NCBI RefSeq assembly: GCF_020745735.1
Contig: NC_083405.1
Coordinates: 104,412,135 to 104,476,134 of the forward strand
Reading direction: 5' to 3'
DNA from: Hemiscyllium ocellatum
Lineage: Eukaryota
DNA: 64,000 nt
Below the pieces are notes generated by a model. The model was not told the DNA's origin. It did no database searches and was given only the letters and a program-made list of their open reading frames with translations. The first letter of the stretch is position 1. Every line of letters begins with the position of its first letter. This document shows positions 11,240 through 23,989 of the stretch, piece after piece. A program made the translations under genes and the position numbers.

Positions 11240-14060
11240 CGGGAATCACAGAAAATGAAGGAGTAGGCCATTTGGAGCTTCGAGTCTGCTCTGCCATTCA
11301 ATATGATCGTGGTTCATTATCTGAGTCAGTACCCATTGCCCAGCTTTCTCCCCATACATTTGGATCCTTTTAATCTGAAGATGTGTATCAACACCAATGT
11401 TTTGGCCTCAACAGTTGCTTGTGGCAAAGAATTCCAAATGCTCACCACTCAGTGAAAATATTTCTATCCATTTGTTCTAAAAGACTTAATCTTTATCCTT
11501 AGACTGTGAACCTTGATTCTGTACTTCCGAGTCATTGAGAACATCCTTCTTGCATCTTCCTTTTTTTTTAAGAAGTTTATAATGTTACGAGACCCCCCCC
11601 CCCCCCCCCGCTACTGCCTCCTCCTGTACACCAGTCCCATCATCCCAGGAATCAGTCTCGTAAACATTTCAATTCTTTCCATAGTTTTTAATGAAAGGAT
11701 ATGCTAGCTAAGAACTGCAGATACTGTAAACCAGAAACAAAACAGGAGTTGCTGGAGAAGCTCAGCAGTTCTGACATCTGTGACGAGAAATCAGTTAATG
11801 CTTCAGGTCCGAAGATCCTTCCTCAGAACTGATGGTAGCTAGGAAAATGATGCTTTATATACAGAAGATAGGGTGGGGTAGGGGAAAACAGTAACAATAG
11901 GTGGGGTTAGAGCCCAAAGAGAAAGGAGGAGCGTTGGACAGACAAAGGAGTGTGCCTAGGAGGGTGATAGCTATTAATGGAGACCGTTAATGGTTAATGA
12001 TACGGAATGTGTAATGGCAGACTATGTGATAAGTCCACATCCCGCACCAATCCATCCTCCACACCCAGCAACTTCCCTTGCCACTGCATGAGGTGTAAAA
12101 TCTGCCCACACTTGCCCCATTCACCTCTGTCTAAGACTCTAAAGGATCATTTCAAATCCTGAGGTGGTTTTCCTGCACATCCACCCACCTCATCTACTGT
12201 GTCCATTGCTCTTAATGTGGTCTCCTCTACACTGGGGAGATAGGATGGCAATTCAGAGTGGTTCAGGCAACATCGCTGGGACGCATGCACCAACCAACGC
12301 AACTGCCTTGTGGCCAACCACTTCAATTCCCCCTCCCATTTCCCCAACGACATCAAAGTCCTGGGCCTACTCCACTGCCAAATCTCCCGCCAACTGGAGG
12401 AAGAACGTCACACCTTCTGCCTTGGGATCTTCCAACCACATGGCATCAACATCAATTTCACCAGTTTTCAAGTGTTGCCTCACCCCCACCTTACCCCAGA
12501 TCCACCCTGCCAACTCAGCACCACCCTCTTGACCTGTCCTACCTGTTCATCTTCCTTGCCAAGTATCCAATCCACCTCCCCTCTGGTCTATCACCAACAC
12601 CTCCCTGCATCCACCTATCACATTCCCGCCTGCCTTTCCCCTCTATTCTGGCCTGCACTCAGCGCTTTCTCTGACATAGCCATGATATCATTGGTGCTGT
12701 TTCCCTCTCTCATCCAAAACTGAGAAAGTACACTTCCAATTAACACCAGGCTCTCGCTTTCACATGGTGCATCTCTGACTCCTCTGTTCCCTGACATCTG
12801 TTTCCATTTATGGGGACAGGCCCCTAATATCCACTGTAAACCCACCGACTCCCACAGCTACATGGACTACACATCCATGCATCCTGGATTCCTGTAAAGA
12901 CTCCATTCCATTCTCCCAGTTCCATCTCCATCGCATATGTTACGACGAGGCCAGTTTTGACTAGGGTGCCTTAGAGATGTCCAATTTCTTCCTCAACTGA
13001 GAATCCCCCAGCATTGTTGCCAACAGAGCACTCAACCGGGTCTGACCCATCTCCCACACTTCTACCCTCACGACCTTTCTTCCCTCCCACATCAGTGACA
13101 GGGTTCCCCCTTGTCCTTACCTACCATCCCACCAGCATCACACACCAGACCTTATCACACAGTATGCCATTACACACTACCTATTATTAACCACTAACAG
13201 TCTCCATTAATAGCTATTTATTCTCCTAGCCAAATGGTTATCCACTCCATTGCCTGTCCAAGTGTTTTGCTCTCTTTTTGGGTCTATCCCCACCTCATTT
13301 TCTGTTTACCCTCTTCCCCTACCCTACCTTCTGCATATAAACCATAATTTTCCTAGCTACTATCAGTCTTGAGGAAGAGTCATTGGACCCAAAACGTTAA
13401 TTCTGATTTCTCTTCACAGATGTTGTTAGAACTGCTGAGCTTTCCCAACATTTGCTAGAACATTCATCCTCAGAGAAAGAAGGCCAAAGTGCATAAGGGG
13501 TGTGGTTGTCCCAATGCATTGCAGGGAGACTCCTGCTTCCATAGCTGAATTCTCTCGCTGTGAAGGCCAACATAATATTTGCTTACTTCACTGCCTGCTG
13601 CATCTGCAATGCTTTCTTTCACAAACTGCTATACGAGAATACCCCCTTCCCCAATCTATTGTTATTCAGATATTAACCTACCTGCCTGGTCCTGTTACCA
13701 AAGTGGATAACCTCTCATTTATCCACATTATACTGCATTTGGCATGTATTTTTTCATTTACTTAACTCATCAAAATTGCATGAGGCTTCTCTGTATCCTT
13801 CTCACAGCATATCCTTCCACCCAGCTGTGTGTCATTTGCAAACTTGGGAGACATGACATGTAGTTTCTTCATCCGAGTCATTAATAATATATTGTGAATA
13901 GCTGGGGTCCAAGCAGAGATCCCTGTGGTGACTCACTAATCACTGCCTGCCACCTGGAAAAAAACCTGCTTATTCCTTCATCTCCTGTCTGCCAACCAGT
14001 TTTCAATCCATTTCAGTCCACAATCTCCAATCCTATTTGCTTTAAATTTTGCCTACAAAT
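11240..14060 (-). mobile_element. CR1 LINE fragment interrupted by a PLE
   Basis: CR1 3' end at 11240-11680; RT region (SKFANDT-like) at 13460-14060. Confidence 0.7.
11708..13452 (+). mobile_element. Penelope-like element with inverted terminal arms and rearranged EN/RT fragments
   Basis: 11745-12032 is the reverse complement of 13151-13452; interior has a GIY-YIG-like segment (C..CGLLY.GE; VANHFNS...) and an RT/thumb segment (KPTDSHSY); CTGAGGA-type hammerhead remnants. Confidence 0.85.
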
Positions 14061-14464
14061 CTGTCTGCTTCCTGAAAACCATTATTAATGTCATAATACA
14101 TTCAACAGTTATCTTTATCACAGCAGATGAATCCTGGGACACCTAATAAAGTAGTTATGCACTGTCAATGAATAAGAACTTTGAGAAAGGGTACAGTGCA
14201 GATGAACTAGAACTAAGTGAGGAGGACAAATGAACACATTTGATTTCTTTGATCTTGAGCTTACAAGTCTGATGGTTTTTTTTATTCTTTCGTGGTTTAT
14301 GGGCATCGCTGAGAGGGTTCGAGTTTGCTTCCATCCCTTATTGCCCTAAATTGAGAGGTTTACGTGAAAGGCAGTTAAGATTCAACCGCATTGTTGAAGA
14401 CCTGGAATCAGAGATAGGCCAGACTAGGTAAGAATAGCTGGTTTCTTCCTTAAAGGAAGAGGTA

Positions 14465-15225
14465 CTTTCAATCTTATCCTTCAATGACAGATTCTAAAAT
14501 CGAGGTCAAACTAACTGTCCTATAGTTTCCTATCTTCTGCCTCCTTCCCGGCTTAAACAAGGGCATTTCATTAACTATTTTCCAGTTCTCTGGGACATTC
14601 CCTGACTCATGACTCTGAAAGATCAATCACCAGCGCCTCCACCATTTCCTTAGCTTTCTCCTTCAGAATCCTGGGGTGTAGCCCATCTGGTCCAGATGAT
14701 TTCTAGCTTCCCCAGCACCTTCTCCTTTGTGATGGTCACTACACCCACCACTGCCCCTTGAAGTTCTGGCATACTGCTGGTGTCTTCCACTGTGAGGTGC
14801 AAAGTATCTATTTAGTTCCTGTCATTTCTTTGTTCTCCATTTTCCAATGGTCTAATGCCCATTTTTGCCTTACTCTTACCTTTTTTTTAAGCTATCTAAA
14901 ATCTTGCAAACTTCTATTATATATGAGTAGCTAGCTACTCTCATGTTTCATTTTCTCTCCCCTTTTACTTTTGCAGTTATCCTCTGCTGGGTTTTCAAGG
15001 CTTCTCAATCCTTTGACTTCTCACTAACCTTCACCATACTTCTATGTTGCCCCTGACTTCCCTCTGCAACCCTGGTTACCTCATCCTCCCCTTAGTATAT
15101 TTCTTCTGTGGGATGAATTTCTGCTGTGCTCTCAAGTTGTCACTGCAAAGTCCTGCCATTACTGCTCCATCCTCTTTCCTGCTAGGCTCCCATTCAATCA
15201 ACTCTGGCCAGCTCCTTCCTCACAT
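14465..15225 (-). mobile_element. CR1 LINE ORF2 fragment
   Basis: Minus strand reads NYRTVSLTS-like CR1 motif. Confidence 0.7.
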
Positions 15226-15511
15226 CTTGATGTGGTCTGCTTACATGTAACTCCAAATCTACAGAAAAGTTATTGAAAGCCTCTGGAAGACTCTTAAAAT
15301 GCACTCAGTTCAATGTAATTGGAAACGGACTGGCTTTGTTGGTAACGTCCATATCTCATGAAAGAATAGCTTGAAAGCTTAGGCAAATGGAGTTGAATTA
15401 CAGAGCAGGATAAACTGAATGCAGAATGTGCTTGACGGGCAGATTAGTTTTTCTGCCGTTGTTCCATTTTTATAGTTATAATTTTGATGAAATTTCAGCA
15501 TTTTTTCTTAC

Positions 15512-15607
15512 CTTGTACACACCCTTGAATTCTTCTGTGACTGCAAAAATAGGCTGAATATTATTGTCACCAAGTTTCTGTACCAAATGAGCAATAGATG
15601 GATAATC
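15512..15607 (-). CDS. ITGB1: ITGB1 exon 8 ([32 protein letters not shown])
   Basis: 96 nt, AG/GT boundaries; manual translation. Confidence 0.97.
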
Positions 15608-15758
15608 CTGTTGACAAAATCTCAGAATTACTGCTAAATTTGAACTTTACACACATTATCATATAATTTTCTATAAAGTACAAGGAGAGGCTACATAACT
15701 ATTTTTCAGCAAAGTAACACTCAGGCGTTACACTGCCAAGGTTAGATGGTAAACTTAC

Positions 15759-15917
15759 AAAATGGTCACTCATGGTGTAGAGACCTTGTGTATCAAGATG
15801 GCAATTCCCATCATTTGGTAAAACAATACCACCTAGTTTACCATCCCCAGCAAAGTGAAATCCTGCGTCTGTAGAGAACACCAACAAACGAGTGACATTG
15901 CGCCAGCCAATTTTTTC
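15759..15917 (-). CDS. ITGB1: ITGB1 exon 7 ([30 protein letters not shown]...MSDHF)
   Basis: 159 nt, AG/GT boundaries. Confidence 0.98.
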
Positions 15918-16329
15918 CTGTGAAAGACAGAATAATTAAGTTGTGTTCCAAATTGCTTCCTAACTGTGCTGGGTAACTTATTATGATTTTCACAATAGAT
16001 TTATTTGGAAAAATGGGAAGTAGGTGGAATCAAATGGCCCAGATGAAAACAGCAACAGCATGCAGAAAAAGCAGAAGTGAAAAATCCCGAAGTTTCTAGT
16101 ATAGAAAAGAAAGCATCAGGAGAAGATTGACTAAAATATATAAAAGATAAAAATGAAGAGCAGATGATATGCAAATCCTAGTTATTATTATGAAAGCACA
16201 ACTAGAAAAAAAAATACAGTGAGCAAAAATAAATTCAGAACAATTTAGTATAAATTTCAGAACAAGCTAAGGAACAGAAAACATTAGGATTATTCAAAAT
16301 AATATTTAGGGGCAATTATTTTCACTTAC

Positions 16330-16568
16330 TCCACAGACAGCCACCTGCATTATGGCATCAAAACCTCCTTCTGGAGAGTCCAGGTTCCCAGAAATTGTCT
16401 GGTTGCTTACAAGTTCGTTGAACTTTGATCCATCATTGGTCAATGACAGGACATTTTTGTAGCTGAATGGACTAGTACATACTTCACCACTTGAGCAAGG
16501 ATTCTTCCTTTTGGCTGGGGTTGTGCTGATGTAAGGCATTACAGTCTTATCCACAAATGAACCAAATC
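16330..16568 (-). CDS. ITGB1: ITGB1 exon 6, beta-I domain ([13 protein letters not shown]...[20 protein letters not shown])
   Basis: 239 nt, AG/GT boundaries. Confidence 0.98.
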
Positions 16569-16658
16569 CTAAATAAGAACAAGTTTTTCACAAATGAAGT
16601 GCTGTCTGTTAAATACACAATCTCAAAAAAGGCAGTGAAAATAAATGATTATTTTTAC

Positions 16659-16829
16659 CAATTCGAAAATCAGACGTTATCTTTTGCATTTCAGTCTGCA
16701 ATTCTGTTCCTAACTTCTTTACGTTTTCTAAATCATCCTTCATAGAAAAGGAGAGGTCCATAAGATAGTAGAGATCAATGGGATAGTCTTCTGCTCTCTT
16801 AAAGTACAATGGAAAGGTTTGTGGCTCTC
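16659..16829 (-). CDS. ITGB1: ITGB1 exon 5, beta-I domain with MIDAS ([18 protein letters not shown])
   Basis: 171 nt, AG/GT; DxSxS MIDAS and ADMIDAS DD. Confidence 0.98.
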
Positions 16830-18039
16830 CTGGGAAGGGGGGAATCAAAGTATGGGTTAGAAACTGGTATTTGAAATGCAAATTCACAAGCTTAATATTG
16901 TTGAAGAAAATTTCTAATCGGTGCTGATAACATCAACCACTGTACGTGAGAACTGCAAACAACTGAATACCACAAATATGGTCTTCTCTTTTTTGTGAAA
17001 ATGGACGACAAGAATAAATTTGGTCATACATGTTAGTAACACGTCAAGGATATTTGCAACGTTGTATCTACTAATTAAGTAACCTTAGTCAATAGTTCTG
17101 AAATACAGGTCAGAGAGAAAGACCAAGACCAAATGATTATCTGAAAGCCGTCACAGTTTAATCACAACACCCATTAGGAAAACAGTGAGGAGCACAGTAA
17201 AATGGGTGGTATATGAAGAAGGTTTAGATGGTGAACAGTGCTGAGAAACCCTCAAATCCTGACAAAGTGGCTACTCGCAAACGTAACAAACTCCAATAAT
17301 GGTCGCTTTAGCCTGGACATGAAACAGACATTTTATTATTCAGTTCCTCAAATAGTTTAGTAAGAACAACATAAAATTGGCTTCATGTGACATAGCCAGC
17401 CTTAACCTAAAAGTTAAAGTTAAAAGCTCAGTGATGCTTTGAAGTGGTAATAAGGAAGTACCATCTTTTGAGAAGTTGAGTGAAAATTGAATCAAGTTCT
17501 CTATTTGAAGAAAATTAGGTGCATTTGTCACATATCCTTCCTTAACCTTTATCAAGAGGTCATTTATCTCTTTACTACTTATGGGATCTTGCAGTACACA
17601 AATTGATTGATGCATTTAATTATAAAATAACATTAATTAATATTAATTAACTAGCTGTAGGGTTTTGGCATGAAGATCATATAAAGCAATAATAAACTTT
17701 CATTTCAAACAAAGGTGACAGCTAAATCAAGGAACATTACATTAACAAAGAGTAATGAATACAGTGTTATAACCCCCTGATCCTATTCCAAATAAATGAA
17801 CCCCATTTGCCAAATTCATAATTAACATAAAGAAAATTGAACTTTAAGAAATCGAAGGCTCCTCTCACATTTGGATTCAAATTGATTGAAGAGCTGAATA
17901 CCTAAATACACAGAAATTAGTAGGCTTGGTTTGGTTTTGCAGAATATCCTCTAAACTGTCTTTTATATCAACAGTGGACAGCAAGATTATTCCAAGAATC
18001 GGAAGGTACATGATAGTCTGATATTCATATCCAAGAAAA

Positions 18040-19410
18040 TTGGTCATAAATAAAGAGCAGTTGTAAATGGCAGCTTTTCAACTTTCAGCAAGATTCTTAA
18101 TCACTGCTTGGACTCCAGCTTGTTTTGATGTCGTTTAGTGACCTATACCTGGGTGTACAGGAACAACTTCAGAATTTGCAGACAAAATTTGGAAACAGGA
18201 TTGCATTCATTGCAAAGGGATATAAACTGGGACAAAGGACAAGAAACTGGCTGAACTTTAATTCAGAAAAGCTAGAGCAGATTCATTTTGATAGGAAGAG
18301 GAGGGAGAGGCCATAAAAAAACAATACAATTCCAAAAAGAGGGGGCAGCAGCTGATGGACCTTAGGGATATGTGCCCACCATTACTGAAGGCAGTACGGC
18401 AGGTTGAGAAAGCAGTTCATAAAGCAAATAGTATCTTGGCCTTTATAAATAGAGGCATAGAGTACAAAAGAAAGGTAGATATGTTGAAATACTGTCTGAA
18501 CCTCAACTCAGGAGGTGTCCACTCTGTCCACCAACTTGAAGGTGGATGTGGAGGCTTTAGAGAGGGTGCAGAAAAGATTCAAGGGTTCCAGGGATGAGGA
18601 ACTTCAATTATTTGAAGCTATAGTTTTTCTAAGATTGATAGGGGGATGTAAATCATGAGGGGAAAAACAGTTCTTGCCACTAGAAGAATCAAGAACCAGA
18701 GATCACTGTTTAAGAGTGATAGTCAACAGAACCAATGACATGAGAGAAACATCTTAATGAATAGAATGATTAGGGTTTGGAATACATTCCCTTAAGCATG
18801 TGGTGGATGCAGGTTAATTCAAGACCTCACAAAAACAATCAGATTATCTGAAATTAAACCAATTTTTTGAGGTTCAGGGTAAAAGATAATAAAACCATAA
18901 GTTATGAGAAGAATTAGGCCATTCAGCCCATCAAATCTGCTCTACCATTCGATCATGGCTGGTATGCTTCTCAAACCCATTCACCTACCATAATCTTGAT
19001 CGCTTACTAACCAAGAACCTATCTATCTGTCTCAAACACATTCAATGACTTGGCCTCCACAGCCGTCTGCATCAATGAGTTCCACAGATTTACCACTCTG
19101 GCTGAAGAAATTCCTCCTCATCTCAGTTCTAAAGGGTCATTCCTTCATCCGGAGGCTGTCACCCTTGGATCTTAGTCTCTCCTACAGGCAGGAGCATCTT
19201 CTCCGCATCCATTCTATCCAGGCCCCTCCATATTCTGTAAGTTTCAATCAGATTCTCCCTCATATTTCTAAACTCCATTACATACAGATACCATCAACCA
19301 TTTCTAATATGACAAGTCCTTCATCTCCGGGATCATTCTTGTAAACCTCCTCTGAACCCCTCTAATGCCAACACATCCTTCCTTAAATACAAGGCCCAAA
19401 CTGCTCAAGG
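18040..19410. mobile_element. Tail-to-tail CR1 fragments (+ 18040-18880; - 18890-19410)
   Basis: ORF 18355..18597 KANSILAFINRGIEYK is CR1 ORF2 C-terminal; opposite-strand CR1 3' end follows. Confidence 0.75.
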
Positions 19411-19915
19411 CACTCACCATTCTGACTTACAAATAAAACGCTGTTCCCTCACTGTTGCTGGGTCAAAATCCTGGAATTCCTTCTCTAAGGGCACTGTGGG
19501 TCTACCTACAGCACGTGAACTGCAGCTGTTCAAGGAGGCAGCTCACTTGCTTTTCAAGGGCAATGAAGGATGCCATTAAATACTGCTAGCAGCAACACCC
19601 ACATCCCACGAGTGCATTAAAAAGGCTTGAGCGTTATTGGATCTGCATTCCTCCATTAAAGGGGGTGTATTCCATCACAGCCCTGATTTGTGCCATGTAG
19701 ATAGTAGACAGGCTTTGGAAAATCAGCTGAATTACTCGCTGAAGGATTCCTAGGCTCTGATCTGCTCTTTTAGCCACAGTATTTATAGGACTAGTCCAAT
19801 TCAGTTCCTGATCAATGTTAACCCCTAAGGTGTTAACAATGGTGGTAATGCGATTGTATGTCAAAGAGTGATCATTAGGTTTCTCTTGTTGCAGATGGTC
19901 ACTGCCTAGCACTTG
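19410..19915 (-). mobile_element. Non-LTR retrotransposon 3' fragments (CR1/L2 group)
   Basis: ORF 19634..19912 LGVNIDQELNW...LSTIY.AQIR.VMEY. Confidence 0.75.
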
Positions 19916-19949
19916 CTAAAAAGTAGAATTGGACCATCTCATTGACTAG

Positions 19950-20227
19950 TCATCCATCAGAAGATACAAAAGTTTGAAAACATGTACCAACAGATTCAAG
20001 AACAGCTTCTTCCTCCTTTTATCACTAATATGAGCAAACCGCTCATATTAGAGTTGATCATTCTCTGCACTTGCTCTATGTTACAATACTATATATTCTG
20101 CATTGTGTTCTATTACTCTGATGAACTTATGTAAGGCATGATTGGTCCAGACAGCATGCAAAACAATACTTTTCATTCTATCTTGGTGCATGTGATAATA
20201 ATAAATAAATCAAATCAAATCAAATCA
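19950..20227 (+). mobile_element. Rex1/Babar-like LINE 3' end
   Basis: Encodes RRYKSLKTCTNRFKNSFF; (AAATC)n tail. Confidence 0.65.
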
Positions 20228-20636
20228 CTAAACTGGCCTGCTCTCCCAATTTAATATGTCAAGCTATTTTGAATATTGAAGTCCTGATCAAAATGAGGAC
20301 AGTTTTTAGATGATGTAACTTGTGGCAATTGAGATGTCTATCAGGTAGCTGCATATTTATTTCACAAACATGCTATTAAGAGTAGGCAGCTTACATGTCC
20401 AGAATCCCTTGACTGGGCGCATACGTAATGCAGTGCTGCTGAATGTCCTAATGGTAATGGAATTTTTCAGGATATAAAATTAGGTCTGAGCACCCGATAA
20501 ACTTCTAACTAACCACTTTGATCTGCCATGATTTTTATTAGGCATATATTTGAAAGGTTCAGTGACTATTTATAGCAGTGCATACCAAATTAAAATCAGT
20601 TTATATCAAGTAACAAAACCCAAACTACAGAAATAC

Positions 20637-20853
20637 CTGATCGTAATTTCAGAGTTAGCTTCTGCGGTCGGATCTGTGTAATGTCTTTCAGCTCTACCTT
20701 TTCGCCACTTGTACGTCCAGTAAGTTCTTTATTAGTATCTACACGTTGCGAACCTTTTGGATTTTCAATATCTTCAATTTCACACCCTCTCTTTTTGAGT
20801 GATTCTATGTCATCGCACCGTGCAGAGTTTGGTTCTCCCTGCTGCAAGAATTT
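20637..20853 (-). CDS. ITGB1: ITGB1 exon 4, PSI/hybrid [15 protein letters not shown]...KLTLKLRS
   Basis: ORF 20596..20847; 217 nt; AG/GT boundaries, phase consistent. Confidence 0.97.
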
Positions 20854-21913
20854 CTACAGAAAAAAAGATATTTTTAAGATTTCTGATATCATTATTATTT
20901 CTTTACATTTGATGTATTTTTATAATCACATTGCAGTGTGAGGTAAGGAGCTGGAAGATGTATATTTGAGACAGAAAGAGCAGATATCCCTTCATTTGGA
21001 ACAGGTAGATTTTCAAGACTGCCTGTTTTAAATAGGAGTGATGACATACTCATAACTCTGTTCTATTGGGATGCTAAGCATTATTCTCTCTCACCACATA
21101 TCATTTAGTCTCGAAACATTTGGAAAACCTGCTCCAGAGGTGAGTAATAACATTTCTGAACAGATTGATTTTAAAAAGTTATGAAGTCCAGTCATTATTG
21201 CAATTTAAGAAATGCAGTTATATATCTGAAATATATATACAGACTTGTCCTATTCCACGTGCTCTTTCTAGTTTTAAATCTTCATCTTGCTGCCTTTTTT
21301 GTCCCTCCAATTCATGGAACAACTCTATACATTGCTCTCTATTTTCCTTATCATAGTTCTTCAGATCTTTCACTGGAATTTCAAGATGCACTTTCCTTTT
21401 TAACCACCATCATGTGCTTGTGCTTTTAATTCCCAGATGTATGCAATACCCAGTTCTAATCCTGTTATTAAATTCCTTTCTATACTTTTCTTTAAAAAAA
21501 AATCAACATTATACATTCTTCTTCAATAGCTGGCAACGACTGGATAAGAATAATTAAAAAGATCATGGTTAGTGATGCTGTTTCTTAAAAAAGTTTTTCA
21601 GTTTCATGTATTAAAGAACGAAAAACACGTAAAATATTTGAATGTTAGTTTAAAAAACATTTTATGTTGGTTAAATGCTTTGGTAAAATGTTAAAGCCAA
21701 AAATGCCAGAAGTGCGTACCTCTTAATCATTAATGTTGCCAAAAGGTTTTTAGGCTGAATTCACTTCTGCCTGTGAACTTCTAACTTTGAAACCATTCAC
21801 ACGTTTATAGTTTATACATATTGCATTACTGCAAAGTTATCTAAACTTTCTAAGGATACTTAAGATAAAGCAACAACTAGTACTATGTCCTATTTCCATA
21901 TTTGAAAACTTAC

Positions 21914-21999
21914 ATTTTTGGTGCACCATCCACAATTTCTACCAGCTTGTATACAGTCCCCGCATGATTTGGCATTGGCTTTCAAACACTCACTAAGAT
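21914..21999 (-). CDS. ITGB1: ITGB1 exon 3, PSI domain (D)[28 protein letters not shown]
   Basis: 86 nt, AG/GT boundaries; [20 protein letters not shown] is the beta-1 PSI signature. Confidence 0.97.
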
Positions 22000-22319
22000 C
22001 TGCATTTAAAAAGGTAAATTAAATTATTGCAAGCATGTCTAGTCATTTACAATAAAACGTACTAAGTGGTATGACATATTTCAGATACCACGTCAGAAAT
22101 AACATCAACTAAACCAACATATAGATTAAGATACCTGAACCATGAGAAGAGATTAAAATCCTGGGATAGTTATTCAAAATAGAAAGTGTGTCAAATATTA
22201 ATGGAATAAATAAATTTACCCCAGAATTATCTACAATTTCACCATTTAGCAGTTGTGTTATCAGCAAAATTTGTGCTACAAACAGGAAATATCAGCTCAG
22301 TGTATAGTATATTTTAACA

Positions 22320-22700
22320 GAGGAACATAAGAAGTATGAGCAGGAGAAGGCAACTGGTTCGTCAAGCCAGCTCTGCCATTCAATCAGATGATTCTTTTCA
22401 TGGATTCAACTCCATTCACCTACCCGCTAACCATAAACTTTAATTCCATTACTGTTCAAAAATCTATCTTTGCCTTAAAAGCATTCTATGAAGTTGCCTC
22501 AACTGCTTCACTGGGCAGGACCTTCCATCACTTGGGTGAAAGAGTTCCTCCTCAACTCAGTCCTACATCTGCTCCTCCTCATTTTGAGGCTAAGCCCTGT
22601 AGTCCTAGTTTCATCCACTCTTGGAAACAACCTCCCTGCTTCTCTTATCTATTCCCTTCATAATTTTATATGTTTCCATAATATCCTTCCTCTTCGTATT
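22320..22700 (-). mobile_element. CR1 LINE 3' end
   Basis: Similar to 9845-10290 and 18890-19410. Confidence 0.7.
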
Positions 22701-23386
22701 CAAGATAAGTTAAAAAATGTTAATTAATTCCATAACAGTAAAATAATGCAAACCTTTTTAATTTCATTTAATGGTTTAATGTTGGCAAGGAACTGAATAG
22801 AGTATTGTTAAAGATTTATGTACTTGGACAGACAGCTTTGACTTGAAGGACAAAGTCAGAATTTAGGGAAAAAAGATTTTGTGCAACAGTATAGAAGTGT
22901 AAATGTCCTGTTGCTATGATAGAGATAAAGACTTTTAAAGTTCAGTTGCGAATCAAATAAAATTTCAAGGCTGAATAATTTGCTTCAGTGAGATGCAATA
23001 GCCAAAGGTGAAGAAAAAATGCTAAGTACAGAGTGTGTGGCAAGGTTAAAGACCTTCATAGTGTTGTAGCTTATCTATCATTGAGTATCAAAGTAGTTTG
23101 ACAACACAGACCCAATAGCACGGTTGAGAGAAGTTAAAGATAGAACTGGGCGTGGTCATCATCATACATGTGAAAGACAACCCATTTCTCCAGATAATGT
23201 TGCAAAAGGCAGCATTGTGATGAGGGCGTGGCCATGGGTAGCTCTTTTGGCTCACCTTAAGTATTGATGATCTTGTGGAATCACTTGGGCTATCGGGAAC
23301 ACAATGATATTTAAAGGGAATACAGTATTCAGGTTTGAATATCTACCTAAGTGCATAGTGATATACTGGTTTAGTCAATATGTTAC

Positions 23387-23456
23387 CTGATTGGGCAAGT
23401 CCATCCCATATGCAGCAGCAAATCAGTCCAATATAAATGATATACTTCAAAGTCAT
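23387..23456 (-). CDS. ITGB1: Integrin beta-1, first coding exon (exon 2), signal peptide MTLKYIIYIGLICCCIWDGLAQS
   Basis: Manual translation; TTTCAG|ATG acceptor and G|GTAACA donor; 70 nt, phase 1 matches the next exon; hydrophobic leader resembling the beta-1 signal peptide. Not in the ORF track. Confidence 0.9.
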
Positions 23457-23989
23457 CTGAAAGGAATAGTAAACAAACACAATGAAAAATACAGAATTAC
23501 AAAGCTACACATCTTCATCTCCAGTTGCCATCAACACTGAAACAGAGTCTAAGTAAACACCTTACAAAGGCATTTCTCTACAGCTGTTACAGCTTTTCGA
23601 TCTCAGAAGGAAATCAACTGAACAAAGAAAAATGATGCCTCTCTATGAAACTTAAACCCTCCTCCATTCCTAGATCCCAGACTTCTATGATTTTTTCTTA
23701 TCCCAGAATCACCTTCAATACTCCTATTTTCTTAATTTCTAGGGCCCCACTTTGCAATGTTCCTGGAACCTCCAAACACAGTTTATCCAATTCTGCAAAC
23801 CCACTCTCCCACCACTCTCATAATATTAGATTATACAATTTAATTGCAGTATTTTTGGATCTTAGTGCCTGCTTTAAATGGTCCATGCATCAGAGTGAAT
23901 GCAAACCACTCACTCTATCTACATGATACAGAAGATCTGTTAATATTTGTTGTCACACATCCTACTTAGCTTCATGTACCCTCTAGGGT

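Noticed and set aside
23160-23235. Alternative ATG (ATGGCC) on the minus strand near exon 2
   Set aside because: The translation is not signal-peptide-like; the 23456-23387 exon fits better in sequence, splice sites and phase.
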